From a virus: 64,000 bases of DNA. Below, piece after piece: positions 7,641 through 17,107 of the stretch. The position numbers and the translations under genes are program-made. The notes beneath the pieces are model-generated. The model was not told where the DNA came from. It did not search any database and was given only the letters and a program-made list of their open reading frames with translations. Position 1 is the first letter of the stretch. The number at the start of each line of letters is the position of its first letter. The stretch lies in IMG/VR virus record IMGVR_UViG_3300042868_005761, positions 64,001-128,000 of that record; one strand, written 5' to 3'.

Positions 7641-8822
7641 ATGGCGAAGAAACCAAAGAAAGATACAAAGGTTTCATTCCCAAGCTTAGAACATAAATTT
7701 TCCTTTTGGGGCACACTAGATCGAAGTATTGCTAATCAACCTAGCAGAATTCGTCCAGATATTAATCTGTATCCCAGTGAGGCAAGCGCTAAAATTAAAA
7801 ACGAGCACAACGAAGATATAATTATCGGCGGTTGTGTTCGCAAGTCATGGTTCAGAGCTATGATTCAGCGCATGGAAGCTACCAGCATCAAGCCTAATCT
7901 TGATCATGTGCTAGCTGCTGAACCTTTTACCCCGAAGGAACTTTGGAAGTTTTCATTAAGTAAGTACGCAGAAATAGCAATTACTGATGAAAGCAAAAGA
8001 GCTTGTGTATATGAAACAAATAGTCTTAGATTTAAATGGGAACTTCCATTCCCGTATAAATTATTGAAACCAGTAATTAGTGGTGAATTAGATCTTGCAG
8101 TTACAATACCTGACAAAGAAGACTATGAACTCCCAACCTTTGATCGAGACGGCAATCCTTCAATAACTTCTAGTGATATTAAGACTAATAACATTGTTGG
8201 CATTGAGATTAAAAGTATCTCAGGATACAAAGGACCTCGACAAGTATTTGGAGTAAAGAGCAAGAAAGGCCACTGGATTAGTTTACCTGAGCCAAAGCCT
8301 GAGCATTTACTTCAGTCAATCCTTTACCATATGTATTTCTGTATTCTTAAAAAGGAATATAGATACTGGAAGCTTGCATATATCAACCGTGAAAACGGTG
8401 AGCGAAAAGAATTTGATATTGATCTTATAAAAGAGAAAGTCGCAAATGGTAAGTTCTTACATAGAGTTTACGTAGACAGAGAGCCATACAAGCATGTCTT
8501 GTATGCCGAACATATACTTCAACGCTATCAGGAACTTCATACTCACTTAGAGAATGAAACACTTCCAAACAGAGACTTCGAACTTTTCTATGATCAAACT
8601 AAAATAGCGATCTTAGCTAGCAGAAAAGAATTATCTAAGATGGACACAGAGCTTTTTGACAAAGGCAAGAAAGTCAAGAAAGGTGATTGGAATTGCAGCT
8701 ATTGTCCATTCAAGAATATATGCTATGAAGCCAATGGTACTCCTAGAGATTTAACGAAATTGGATGTTACTGACATAGAAAGAATTAGCACAATGGAGGG
8801 TTCCGATGAAGAAGACGAATAG
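7641..8822 (+). CDS. Cas4/AddB-like PD-(D/E)XK exonuclease with a probable Fe-S cluster
   Basis: YPSEAS..GGCVRKSWF, SGELDL, GIEIKS, QSILY, C-terminal CSYCPFKNIC (1+3 Cys arrangement). Confidence 0.8.
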   Translation: MAKKPKKDTKVSFPSLEHKFSFWGTLDRSIANQPSRIRPDINLYPSEASAKIKNEHNEDIIIGGCVRKSWFRAMIQRMEATSIKPNLDHVLAAEPFTPKELWKFSLSKYAEIAITDESKRACVYETNSLRFKWELPFPYKLLKPVISGELDLAVTIPDKEDYELPTFDRDGNPSITSSDIKTNNIVGIEIKSISGYKGPRQVFGVKSKKGHWISLPEPKPEHLLQSILYHMYFCILKKEYRYWKLAYINRENGERKEFDIDLIKEKVANGKFLHRVYVDREPYKHVLYAEHILQRYQELHTHLENETLPNRDFELFYDQTKIAILASRKELSKMDTELFDKGKKVKKGDWNCSYCPFKNICYEANGTPRDLTKLDVTDIERISTMEGSDEEDE

Positions 8823-9903
8823 CAACTCGGTAGTTAGTCTGAATACATTAGTTCCTAAGAAAACAAGGAACTATACACTCAGTCTTGAGCCTCGAATCTC
8901 TGACTCTTCTTCTGTAATCTATGGAATGGAAAAGGATAGTATTGCTTATCTTAGCGACTACATTAAAAACCATCCTAGAATGAAAGATGCCGAGATGCAT
9001 CGTCTTGCTTGTAAATACTTCTACTTGAAGCAGCAGTATACACATTTAAAAGACCGCTTAGGTGCTGTTGAACTTAAACTAGAATCACCCAATGACGCTA
9101 TAACAACTAGTCTTTTAGTTGCCGAGAAAGAAGAGTTATCTTATCTTCTAGAATTAATTCCATACAAGGAAGTTTTTCTAGAACTAGAAGAGACTCTAGT
9201 CGCACATAATCTTCGTTTGATAGTGAAAATTGCAAGTAGCTATGGCGGTAAAGGATTATCTGTCGATGACCTAATACAAGAAGGTGTCTTTGGGTTTATG
9301 TATGCAATAGATAGATATGACCCAAACAAAAACGTTAAACTCGGAACATATGCGACTTGGTGGATTAAGCAGAAGATTACTCGTGCTTTGTCTAATAAAG
9401 CTAGATTAATTCGCTTGCCAGTCCATCTAACAATTGATATAACTAAAGTCCTTGGAGCAATACGGAAACATAATATTCCTTACTCTAGTAAGAATATTGG
9501 TAAACTTTCTAACCTTACCAGGATGAAAGAGTCAAGTGTTTCTCATGCCTTTGGTTATATTTATAGCTATACACCATACAATCAGATTGCCTTATACAAT
9601 AATGATCAGGCATTTTCTGAAGATCCGATGACACTTATAGTGGACAAGGAAAAGAAAGATGAACAAATCGAAGATGTAAATTTGAACTTAGATCAAAAAA
9701 CTTTTTGTTCTAATTTCTCTTCGGTAATTGACAAATTGAATACTCTTGAACAAGAGTTCATCTATAGAAAATATGGTATTCAAGGCTACAATGAGCATAC
9801 TCCAATTGAAATAAGAGAATGGCTTAAGAGTGTTAATATTAAACAACCTATCTTTTTTAAGAAAACTGTTCTTATAAAGATAGCTACTGAAATACTAAAA
9901 TAG
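8806..9903 (+). CDS. sigma70-family RNA polymerase sigma factor (RpoD/RpoS-like region 2)
   Basis: LVAHNLRLIVKIA, DLIQEG, AIDRYDP, TYATWWIKQKITRALSNKARLIRLPVH; region 4 diverged. Confidence 0.92.
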   Translation: MKKTNSNSVVSLNTLVPKKTRNYTLSLEPRISDSSSVIYGMEKDSIAYLSDYIKNHPRMKDAEMHRLACKYFYLKQQYTHLKDRLGAVELKLESPNDAITTSLLVAEKEELSYLLELIPYKEVFLELEETLVAHNLRLIVKIASSYGGKGLSVDDLIQEGVFGFMYAIDRYDPNKNVKLGTYATWWIKQKITRALSNKARLIRLPVHLTIDITKVLGAIRKHNIPYSSKNIGKLSNLTRMKESSVSHAFGYIYSYTPYNQIALYNNDQAFSEDPMTLIVDKEKKDEQIEDVNLNLDQKTFCSNFSSVIDKLNTLEQEFIYRKYGIQGYNEHTPIEIREWLKSVNIKQPIFFKKTVLIKIATEILK

Positions 9904-9911
9904 AGGAATGT

Positions 9912-12461
9912 ATGATTACGAATCTGAGTGAGTTAGTAGAAACAATTGATAGAATCCCAGTCTCTCAGTACCTTGAGAAGATTGGTGTTGAGGTTACAAA
10001 GAATAAGAAAGTTGTCTGTGTCAATCCAGACCATGACGACCATAATCCTAGTATGCATGTTTACGATGACCGTGGATATGTAAAGTGTTTTAGTTGCGGC
10101 TTTTATGGTAGTTCTTTGAACGTCCACGCAATTAGAACTGGCCGGCAACTTGCTGGTGATGAGTTTGTTGATGTTGCTAAGGAAGTAGCAGATCTATTTG
10201 CTATTGACTATAACTTTGGCAAGCCAAGCCCAGAGGAAATCGAGCGTCAAAAGTATTTTCAAGTATATCATGAGGTCTCCTCATCTATTACCAAGATTAC
10301 TGATACTGCTCACCCAGATTTGTATAAGTACATTGCAGAGCGCTCATGGAATGCAGATAAGCTGCTTGAAATGGGCGTTGGCTATGTAGAGATTGGAGAT
10401 GGGCTTACTGTACTAGATAAGCTAAGAGAAGAGCGTCCTGACCAGGGATTCGGCATTTATGACACAAGTATGTTTGCCGATCCTCAGAACAAACTAGTAA
10501 CCACATTCTATGACGAGAAGGGCAGAACCGTTGGCTTTGCAGCTCGTAAGATTACTTGGCAAAAAGGCGACAAGGATAAGTGGGTAAACACTAGTGGCAT
10601 TGTTCCAATCTTTGATAAGAGCAACCTGCTTTATAATCATAAGATTGCCAAGCAAGCTATTAAGGCAGGAGCTGATACTCTGTATGTCTTTGAAGGTCAG
10701 AGTAGTGCAATTACTTGTTACCATAACGGCCTTAAAGCTGCTGTGGCAGCAGGTGGTTCTAGTCTAACTCCCGGTCAAGCTAGACTTCTTAAGAATCTTA
10801 ATCCTAGTAAGTATGTACTTTGCTTTGACCCTGATGATGCAGGTATTAAATGCACCATCAATGCCATTAGAGAACATGCTAGCACTCTAGGCGGCCATAA
10901 GCTTTATGTTAAAGATCTTCGTGTTAACGGCGATCTTGACCCAGATGAGTTTATCAGAGCTAATGACATTGAAGTATTCAAGACTGTTGAGAATGTTCCT
11001 GCTTTTGACTGGCTTTTCGGTGAGCTAACTAGAGAGAATGGATCCCGCGAGGTTATGCTTGATCTTATTAAGCTTATCTCTAGCTTCCATAGTCCTCTGG
11101 AGCGAGAAGATCTAGCTCGTAGTCTTAGTATGAAGACTGGTTACAGCTTCAATACTATTACTGAAGAGATTGATAATATTGTAAATGAGAAGGAACTTAC
11201 TCAGAAGCAGAAGGTAAAAGACCTTACTGATCAGGCTATGCTTGATATCCGTAAGAATCCTACCAGTGCTATCTCAGTTCTTGATGGTCTTAGAACCAGG
11301 ATTGAGAGCATTCAGGCTGATACTAATACCAGTGTTAGCAGCGGTGACTTCTATCTTCAAGAGATGCTTCGTTTTCAAGATGAGGCAGAAGCTTTCGAGG
11401 CTGTGTTCCCTGGCTTCCAAATGCCACTCATGCCCGGATTTGCCAGCGCATTTAACAATGACTGGTCAAGAGGTCGCATGATTTGTATTGGCGGCGAAGA
11501 GAATGCAGGTAAGAGTTCATTCAGTAGTTTTACATGTTACAACTTAGCACTACCAGAAGCTGACAACAATCTTCATGTTCTTTACATGACTATTGACGAT
11601 AGCGTTCCTGAGTTGTTTCCTAAGTTTGTAGCTATGGCTGGTCGTCATCGTACTCGTGGTTATCGCGGATATGAGGATGGCTTTCCTTTAGAGATCAACC
11701 ATATCGTTCGTCCTAAGTATTGGGGCAAGATCCTTAGGGATATTGATCCCCAGCTAGAGCAAGATATGCTTTATGCTTACAAGGTTGGCTATCAAGAGAT
11801 TATGAAGATGGCCCGCGAAGAACGTCTAGTGCTTTTCGGCATTCCACATGCCCAGAACCTAGAAGACTTTGAGCGTGCTATTGCTAGCTTCCGCAAGAAG
11901 TATCCTAGCGATAACATCTTTGCTTACTTGGATAATATCCATAAGCTTCCACTTGGTAACGCTGATGCACGTCTTGCATTCAAGGATATCTCTAATCGCG
12001 TTAAGATGGCTTCAGTCCGTCACAACATTGCTATTGGCGGTACCCTAGAATACAACAGCGACTCGAATAAGAGGCAGAAGGATCAGCGCCCGACTAACTC
12101 TAGCCTAGCAGAGTCTCGTGCCTTTAGATACGACGCTAGCGCCATTGTACACGTTTATAATCATAAGCATGTATTTGGTGATAAGAGTAACTGGTACCAT
12201 GAGACTAAGAGCGTTAGCCGTCCTGGTGTAGTCCAGAAGTTCCCAGTCATCGAAGCAATCATTGGCAAGAACAAGATCTCAGGTGACAAAGACACTCACT
12301 GTTTCCTATTTCATCCTACGAGTTCTTGGTTCGAAGAAGTTGACACCTATGAGATTGCTCAGGTTGTCAATGCCAGAGACCAGGCTGATGATAAGAACAA
12401 CAAAGACTATGCCAAGAAAGAAGATGTTGACGTCTGGGCTTTAGAGGATGACGATGCCTAG
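9912..12461 (+). CDS. Fused DnaG-type primase and DnaB-type (SF4) helicase
   Basis: Zn finger CVNPDH..KCFSC, VGFAAR, KWVNT, TOPRIM VFEG..FDPDDAG..DPDEFI; helicase GGEENAGKS, YLDNIH, LAESRAFRYDA, IIGKNK. Confidence 0.88.
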   Translation: MITNLSELVETIDRIPVSQYLEKIGVEVTKNKKVVCVNPDHDDHNPSMHVYDDRGYVKCFSCGFYGSSLNVHAIRTGRQLAGDEFVDVAKEVADLFAIDYNFGKPSPEEIERQKYFQVYHEVSSSITKITDTAHPDLYKYIAERSWNADKLLEMGVGYVEIGDGLTVLDKLREERPDQGFGIYDTSMFADPQNKLVTTFYDEKGRTVGFAARKITWQKGDKDKWVNTSGIVPIFDKSNLLYNHKIAKQAIKAGADTLYVFEGQSSAITCYHNGLKAAVAAGGSSLTPGQARLLKNLNPSKYVLCFDPDDAGIKCTINAIREHASTLGGHKLYVKDLRVNGDLDPDEFIRANDIEVFKTVENVPAFDWLFGELTRENGSREVMLDLIKLISSFHSPLEREDLARSLSMKTGYSFNTITEEIDNIVNEKELTQKQKVKDLTDQAMLDIRKNPTSAISVLDGLRTRIESIQADTNTSVSSGDFYLQEMLRFQDEAEAFEAVFPGFQMPLMPGFASAFNNDWSRGRMICIGGEENAGKSSFSSFTCYNLALPEADNNLHVLYMTIDDSVPELFPKFVAMAGRHRTRGYRGYEDGFPLEINHIVRPKYWGKILRDIDPQLEQDMLYAYKVGYQEIMKMAREERLVLFGIPHAQNLEDFERAIASFRKKYPSDNIFAYLDNIHKLPLGNADARLAFKDISNRVKMASVRHNIAIGGTLEYNSDSNKRQKDQRPTNSSLAESRAFRYDASAIVHVYNHKHVFGDKSNWYHETKSVSRPGVVQKFPVIEAIIGKNKISGDKDTHCFLFHPTSSWFEEVDTYEIAQVVNARDQADDKNNKDYAKKEDVDVWALEDDDA

Positions 12462-13203
12462 AATCTCTGCACCCATTGATGATCTAGTTGATACAGGTAA
12501 AAAACTTCGTGCTCTTAACGTGAATCAATTAGTTAGCTTTATGAGGTGCGGAGAGTATTTTAGGAATGAGATACTCGATCGTGTTGTTGCTTGGGATTTC
12601 TCTAAGGATCCATATAGTTTACTACTACACCATTTAATGGTATATGTTTTAAATTATTATGGAAAGAAAGGAGATTTCCCAAGTGACACCGACATAGTCC
12701 TAAGATTTTCGATAGCTCAAAATCTTTTGAAGAAAGCAGGGAATAGTTTTATTTTTCATAATAAAAATAATGATATTCTTTTCTCTATATTCAAATGGAG
12801 ATCTTACTTAAAAGAACTTTCAATTACTGATGTCAATCATATTGAGTTCTATGAAAGCTCAGGGGTAACAGTTAATTTTGCTATTCCTTTAATTACTGAA
12901 AAAGCTATCTATTTATTTAGTTTTTTCCCTAAAAAGGAATTCATTAAAACACCTTACTTCCACTTACCATTGCTAAAGCATTGGAATAAGAAAATATATA
13001 TTGTATATTTGAGTGGATCTAATTATAATATAGAGAATTTCACAGATAAAGATATTGATCTGAGGAAATTAAATAGCGTATACGCGAGTACACTTTTTGC
13101 TTACAAGAAAAATGTTTACTTGCCAATTTTTAATTGTAAATTACAAACATGTCCATTGTATACAAAATGCAATAGCATGTATTCAGATAGCAAGGAGAGC
13201 TAA
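12448..13203 (+). CDS. Possible degenerate Cas4/AddB-like (PD-(D/E)XK fold) protein
   Basis: N-terminal LNVNQLVSFMRC and C-terminal CKLQTCPLYTKC; no recognisable catalytic D..(D/E)xK motif. Confidence 0.45.
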   Translation: MTMPRISAPIDDLVDTGKKLRALNVNQLVSFMRCGEYFRNEILDRVVAWDFSKDPYSLLLHHLMVYVLNYYGKKGDFPSDTDIVLRFSIAQNLLKKAGNSFIFHNKNNDILFSIFKWRSYLKELSITDVNHIEFYESSGVTVNFAIPLITEKAIYLFSFFPKKEFIKTPYFHLPLLKHWNKKIYIVYLSGSNYNIENFTDKDIDLRKLNSVYASTLFAYKKNVYLPIFNCKLQTCPLYTKCNSMYSDSKES

Positions 13204-13577
13204 TGGAACCCATTGACTTTGATAATCCTGTTACTGCTATTCAACCAGCAACAGATAGCCTAGACGCCCCCAGAACAAGACGCATATACGGCGATGAAGC
13301 TAATATGCTAAGAATGCATAATGCATATAGACCTAATCCAGGTGGCAAGTACGATATTGACCGTCTCTATCGCAAGAGAGCAGAGTACGAACTAAGACAA
13401 TTGCAAAACGCAATTTTCAAAGAGAGGACTCTATACTGCGAAGAGAATGGAATTTCATTTATGGATTTCCAAAGTCAAGCTGCCGAAGACCCTTCAGTTA
13501 TGGAGACTTTATACGCAAGAGCAATAGTCAAGATCCCAAGAACCTGCAAGACAATTCTTGGAAACAATTATAAGTAA
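13203..13577 (+). CDS. Hypothetical protein
   Basis: 124 aa; GGAGAG RBS; TAATG stop/start overlap. Confidence 0.75.
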   Translation: MEPIDFDNPVTAIQPATDSLDAPRTRRIYGDEANMLRMHNAYRPNPGGKYDIDRLYRKRAEYELRQLQNAIFKERTLYCEENGISFMDFQSQAAEDPSVMETLYARAIVKIPRTCKTILGNNYK

Positions 13578-13599
13578 TATTTAATTTATTGAGGTAAAG

Positions 13600-14160
13600 A
13601 TGTCAGATTATATTTATGTTTTAGCAACAAACAGAGACACTGCTAATTTGATGACAGCTAAGATGTCTTCTAATTACGAAGCTAAAACACTTGATTTATT
13701 TTTCAATATTCCAGATAATTTTCTTCTGCTTGGCAGACAGAATAGCGAAGATCAATTAACTTATATGATTCCACTTGGATTCAAGACTTACGCTCCACAT
13801 GGTGCGGATATGCTTCTACTTCCTAGGAGTAGCTCTGGTAATCTACGTAAGCTTGCTCCGACTATAGATGACCCTCCTTACCTTGAGGCTTGTAAAAATG
13901 CTAATATTAAAGTCTTTGATGCAGATGCAATTCATCTATCCAACACAATGGGCTACATTGATTGGGATTATAGAAACGAATGGCAGTCTTTAGTCTATGT
14001 AGATAGAGACTTCAGGGTTGACTCTAATAGGGCCTATCTTCAAGCTATTCCGATGGAGCCTACTAAGTTTTCATTTAAACTTGTAGATGATATTAGTCAG
14101 ATCCCTAAAGAGTATCTTAATACTCAAAGAGGAGAGAATGGATTTGGTAGTTCAGGCTAA
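13600..14160 (+). CDS. dut: Trimeric-type dUTPase (divergent)
   Basis: PRSSSG, NTMGYIDWDYRNE, YLQAI, C-terminal RGENGFGSSG. Confidence 0.85.
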   Translation: MSDYIYVLATNRDTANLMTAKMSSNYEAKTLDLFFNIPDNFLLLGRQNSEDQLTYMIPLGFKTYAPHGADMLLLPRSSSGNLRKLAPTIDDPPYLEACKNANIKVFDADAIHLSNTMGYIDWDYRNEWQSLVYVDRDFRVDSNRAYLQAIPMEPTKFSFKLVDDISQIPKEYLNTQRGENGFGSSG

Positions 14161-14168
14161 GGATATAC

Positions 14169-14474
14169 ATGGCAACTTTTAATAAATACTTTGGATCACT
14201 TCAAGTAACAGACGGTAATCAATATGAGCTAACGAATGCAATGCCGAATCCAACTGGCAAAACTATTGTTAAACATATTTGTACTGTCACAAAAGGATTT
14301 CGAACATTCTGTATGGTTACGATTGAAACAGGGCCAGATCAGAAGTGGTACCTGAACGAGACAACTAGTGGGCAGTTCGAAGTAATCCAGGATGACGAAG
14401 AGTATAAAGAAATAGCCAAGTTTGTTGATGATTGGCTTAGTGATATAAGTGGCATTAAATTTGGTAAAGAATGA
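14169..14474 (+). CDS. Hypothetical protein
   Basis: 101 aa, AGGA RBS; the end FEVIQDDEEYKEI loosely resembles DUF1292. Confidence 0.7.
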   Translation: MATFNKYFGSLQVTDGNQYELTNAMPNPTGKTIVKHICTVTKGFRTFCMVTIETGPDQKWYLNETTSGQFEVIQDDEEYKEIAKFVDDWLSDISGIKFGKE

Positions 14475-15031
14475 TTTATCAAGATAGTGCTAGTCAATAT
14501 CATAAAGCAATGGGCGCTCTCCTTGAAGAGTTAAATTTAACTGGCCTTGGTATTTACCAGGAACAGAATGTTAAGGAGATTTGCCCAGATCATCCTAATC
14601 CTTTAGATAGATTTGATTTTTATATACCTGCTCTTAGCCTTGTTGTTGAGGTGCATGGCGAGCAACACTATAAAGCTGTTAGATTTGGTGGTATCTCAGA
14701 AGAGAAGGCATCTTTTAACTTTGCAAAAGGTTCTTTACGTGATGTAGAGAAAGCCCTGTCTGCCAAAAGATCGGGGCTTATCTACATTGCTTTTAGTTAT
14801 AAAGATAACTTTACGCAGGAAGTGTTTGACAACAAACACAAAGAAGCTATACTTGAACTTGGGAATCATGGCTTTACAAAAATTGCCGTGGAACCTAATC
14901 AAGATATCCTTGATCATAAAAAACTTGTATCTTCTATGAGTAAAGAATATACAAAGCGTATATACCAAGAACAGAAAGAGAACGGGAATACCGGATTCAA
15001 ATCGAATACAGGATTCTTCAAAAAGAAATAA
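14471..15031 (+). CDS. DUF559/Vsr-like PD-(D/E)XK endonuclease
   Basis: RFDFYIPALSLVVEVHGEQHY, then RDVEK; ATGA overlap with the upstream gene. Confidence 0.75.
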   Translation: MIYQDSASQYHKAMGALLEELNLTGLGIYQEQNVKEICPDHPNPLDRFDFYIPALSLVVEVHGEQHYKAVRFGGISEEKASFNFAKGSLRDVEKALSAKRSGLIYIAFSYKDNFTQEVFDNKHKEAILELGNHGFTKIAVEPNQDILDHKKLVSSMSKEYTKRIYQEQKENGNTGFKSNTGFFKKK

Positions 15032-15039
15032 GGAATTGC

Positions 15040-15582
15040 TTGAGTCAAGTTAGCCTATTTAGAATTGTTATTGATGGCGAACCTATTAGCAAAAGCAATG
15101 CTACTATGAGTAGGTTTAATTGGAAGACAAAGAAAAGTGAAGTTTACGTACCTGAAAAGTTTCTAGACTATGAGAAGCTTATTACTCATCAGATAGATCA
15201 ATATCTTAATGAGTTCCCAGGTGTTGAACGGCCGCTTTTCAAAGTTGGTCCAGTTCAGATGAACATACATTACTTCCTAGGCACTAAGCGACGCAAAGAC
15301 TTACCTAATCTTCCAAAGACAACCTGTGACGCTTTGACTGGTCAAGTCTATGGAGACGATTGTCAGATTGTTTCCATGACCTTATTCAAGCATTATGATC
15401 CACTCAACCCTAGGGTAGTAATCGAAGTCTTACCTATCCTAGATGGAGTAGAGTATCCCATTCCCAATACTTTATTGGCGACTGAGGATCAGAAGAAAAC
15501 CAAGCCAAAGAAAAAGTCTACAGATGCAAAACCTACCAAAAGTAAAAATACTCGTAAACCTAGAAAAAAATCTAATAAATAA
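15040..15582 (+). CDS. rusA: RusA-family Holliday junction resolvase with a basic C-terminal tail
   Basis: GEPISKSN, RRKDLPNLPKTTCDALTGQVYGDDCQIV, NPRVVIEV; TTG start after AGGA. Confidence 0.87.
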   Translation: MSQVSLFRIVIDGEPISKSNATMSRFNWKTKKSEVYVPEKFLDYEKLITHQIDQYLNEFPGVERPLFKVGPVQMNIHYFLGTKRRKDLPNLPKTTCDALTGQVYGDDCQIVSMTLFKHYDPLNPRVVIEVLPILDGVEYPIPNTLLATEDQKKTKPKKKSTDAKPTKSKNTRKPRKKSNK

Positions 15583-15748
15583 GTTAGATATAATAAAAAA
15601 ATATGATAAAATGCCACCCACTCTTCGTTCATTTGTGAGATCTTACTTTTTAGGAATGACTCAAATTGAAATACAAGACATTATGTCTATTACAGTAAAT
15701 GAGTATAAACAACTAAAACAAGAAATGATAAATATATTAAATGATTAA
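15524..15748 (+). CDS. Small sigma-region-4-like HTH protein (start uncertain, possibly 15611)
   Basis: YFLGMTQIEIQDIMSIT fits an HTH pattern; fills the gap between rusA and the next gene. Confidence 0.4.
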   Translation: MQNLPKVKILVNLEKNLINKLDIIKKYDKMPPTLRSFVRSYFLGMTQIEIQDIMSITVNEYKQLKQEMINILND

Positions 15749-15757
15749 GGAGATAAA

Positions 15758-16477
15758 ATGGCAAAAGCAAAAGGCATGTTACCTGTTGTAAGTGGAAGAC
15801 CAAATGGTGAAGAGCTATTGACAGAAGAACTAAGGCGCGAGCTACAAGATCAGCCTGAGATTAAAAACATTATTGTTAACGCAACTTCACAAACAGACAT
15901 TGTAAACAAGATGAAAGAGTTTGCACCTGTAAGTTCAAACATTCATGTTTTTACAAATCCTGCTCTTCTAGTGCCAAGCGGAGAAGTATTCTTAAAGCAA
16001 GAACTACTTACTACCAGTATCCATACTGCAATTAGTTCCTATGGTAGCCTTACTGAGTTGCGCCTAGTTTGTGGCCCAAGTTATGATTATATTCCCGTTA
16101 AGCATGAGATTGCTAACCCTACCAGGATTAGTAAGATTGATGCTGCTGAACTAATTAGTAAATTAGTTTATACTAATCCAAAAGCAATTGGGTTTAGTTA
16201 CCGTCAAGACTCTAAAGTTGTAGATGGTAATACCCGCTGGTTTTGGACCTTAGATATTTTTATTAGCAGAGACAAGACAAGACAAGACCTTCTAAGCGAA
16301 CACCTTATTAAGGAGCCTGAACTTAAGGCTAAGCTTGATAAGGAATGGATTGCGAGAAAGGAAGAGCTTGCTACCTTTGGTAATCCTGAAAAAGTTTATA
16401 ATGCTTTAAAGAAAGATATTTATAAGAATGTTGCCTGGAACCCTGCATATTACGCAGTTGTTCTTCCCACTAATTAA
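15758..16477 (+). CDS. Hypothetical protein
   Basis: 239 aa, AAGGAG RBS. Confidence 0.8.
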   Translation: MAKAKGMLPVVSGRPNGEELLTEELRRELQDQPEIKNIIVNATSQTDIVNKMKEFAPVSSNIHVFTNPALLVPSGEVFLKQELLTTSIHTAISSYGSLTELRLVCGPSYDYIPVKHEIANPTRISKIDAAELISKLVYTNPKAIGFSYRQDSKVVDGNTRWFWTLDIFISRDKTRQDLLSEHLIKEPELKAKLDKEWIARKEELATFGNPEKVYNALKKDIYKNVAWNPAYYAVVLPTN

Positions 16478-16491
16478 GAATGGAGATTAAA

Positions 16492-17025
16492 ATGAATAAG
16501 ATTAAGTTTACCCTAGTTTCGTTTCTTGCTACCCTACTTGTAGCTTCAACTGCTTACGCTACTGAGTGCGTCACCACTGCAGATTGCGCTACCGGCGAAG
16601 TCTGTGCTGCTGTTGCTAGTGCAGAGTGTCCTCCTTGTGCCGAAGGCTCAGCCTGTGACTCTTGTGCTACCGAGCTACTTGCTTGTGTCCCAGAGGAAGT
16701 TCCTGCTCCTTGCGATACCGCTACTTCAGGTTCCGGTTCAGGTTCTGAGGGCTCAGCTGCCGTTGATCCTGATTGTGGATCTGGAGAAGCTGATGCTGGT
16801 GGTTCAGGTTCAGGTGAAGTCACTCCCGTAGATGGTAGTGGTGCTGACGCTGGTGCTGACACTGCTCTTACTGAGACTGATGGTAGCGGCTCAGGAGCGG
16901 CCGCCACTGCCGATAAAAGCAAGGACCAGTCTGGGTGTTCAGTGGTTTCTAATACTGCTGGCGTCTTCGGTCTTTTTGCTATAATTGGCGCTGTGGTTTT
17001 CTTCCGCAGACGTAACAATATCTAA
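16492..17025 (+). CDS. Secreted Cys-rich protein with a MYXO-CTERM-like C-terminal sorting signal
   Basis: Signal peptide ending AYA; CVTTADCATGEVC Cys repeat; Gly/Ser/Asp linker; C-terminal GCSV + transmembrane helix + RRR; GGAG RBS at 16482-16485 favours ATG 16492. Confidence 0.75.
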   Translation: MNKIKFTLVSFLATLLVASTAYATECVTTADCATGEVCAAVASAECPPCAEGSACDSCATELLACVPEEVPAPCDTATSGSGSGSEGSAAVDPDCGSGEADAGGSGSGEVTPVDGSGADAGADTALTETDGSGSGAAATADKSKDQSGCSVVSNTAGVFGLFAIIGAVVFFRRRNNI

Positions 17026-17107
17026 TGAATGGCGATAAAAACGCCTTCTTACATGGTGTTGTAGCCATACTCATTTTTATTATTTTTCGTTATTGTTAAG
17101 GTGAAAT

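Noticed and set aside
7641-8822. CRISPR-Cas locus suggested by the Cas4-like gene
   Set aside because: No repeat-spacer array or other cas genes seen; stand-alone Cas4-like nucleases are common in phages
16554-17018. 154-aa antisense ORF (also 53021-53488, 37966-38310, 62089-62391 and other short shadow ORFs)
   Set aside because: Antisense or off-frame shadows of Gly/Ala/Ser-rich genes; no recognisable motifs
17024-17090. Small structured RNA (AATGA/TCATT closing GGCG/CGCC and ATGG/CCAT hairpins, then a T-run)
   Set aside because: Stems are only 4-5 bp and could occur by chance; at most a weak terminator
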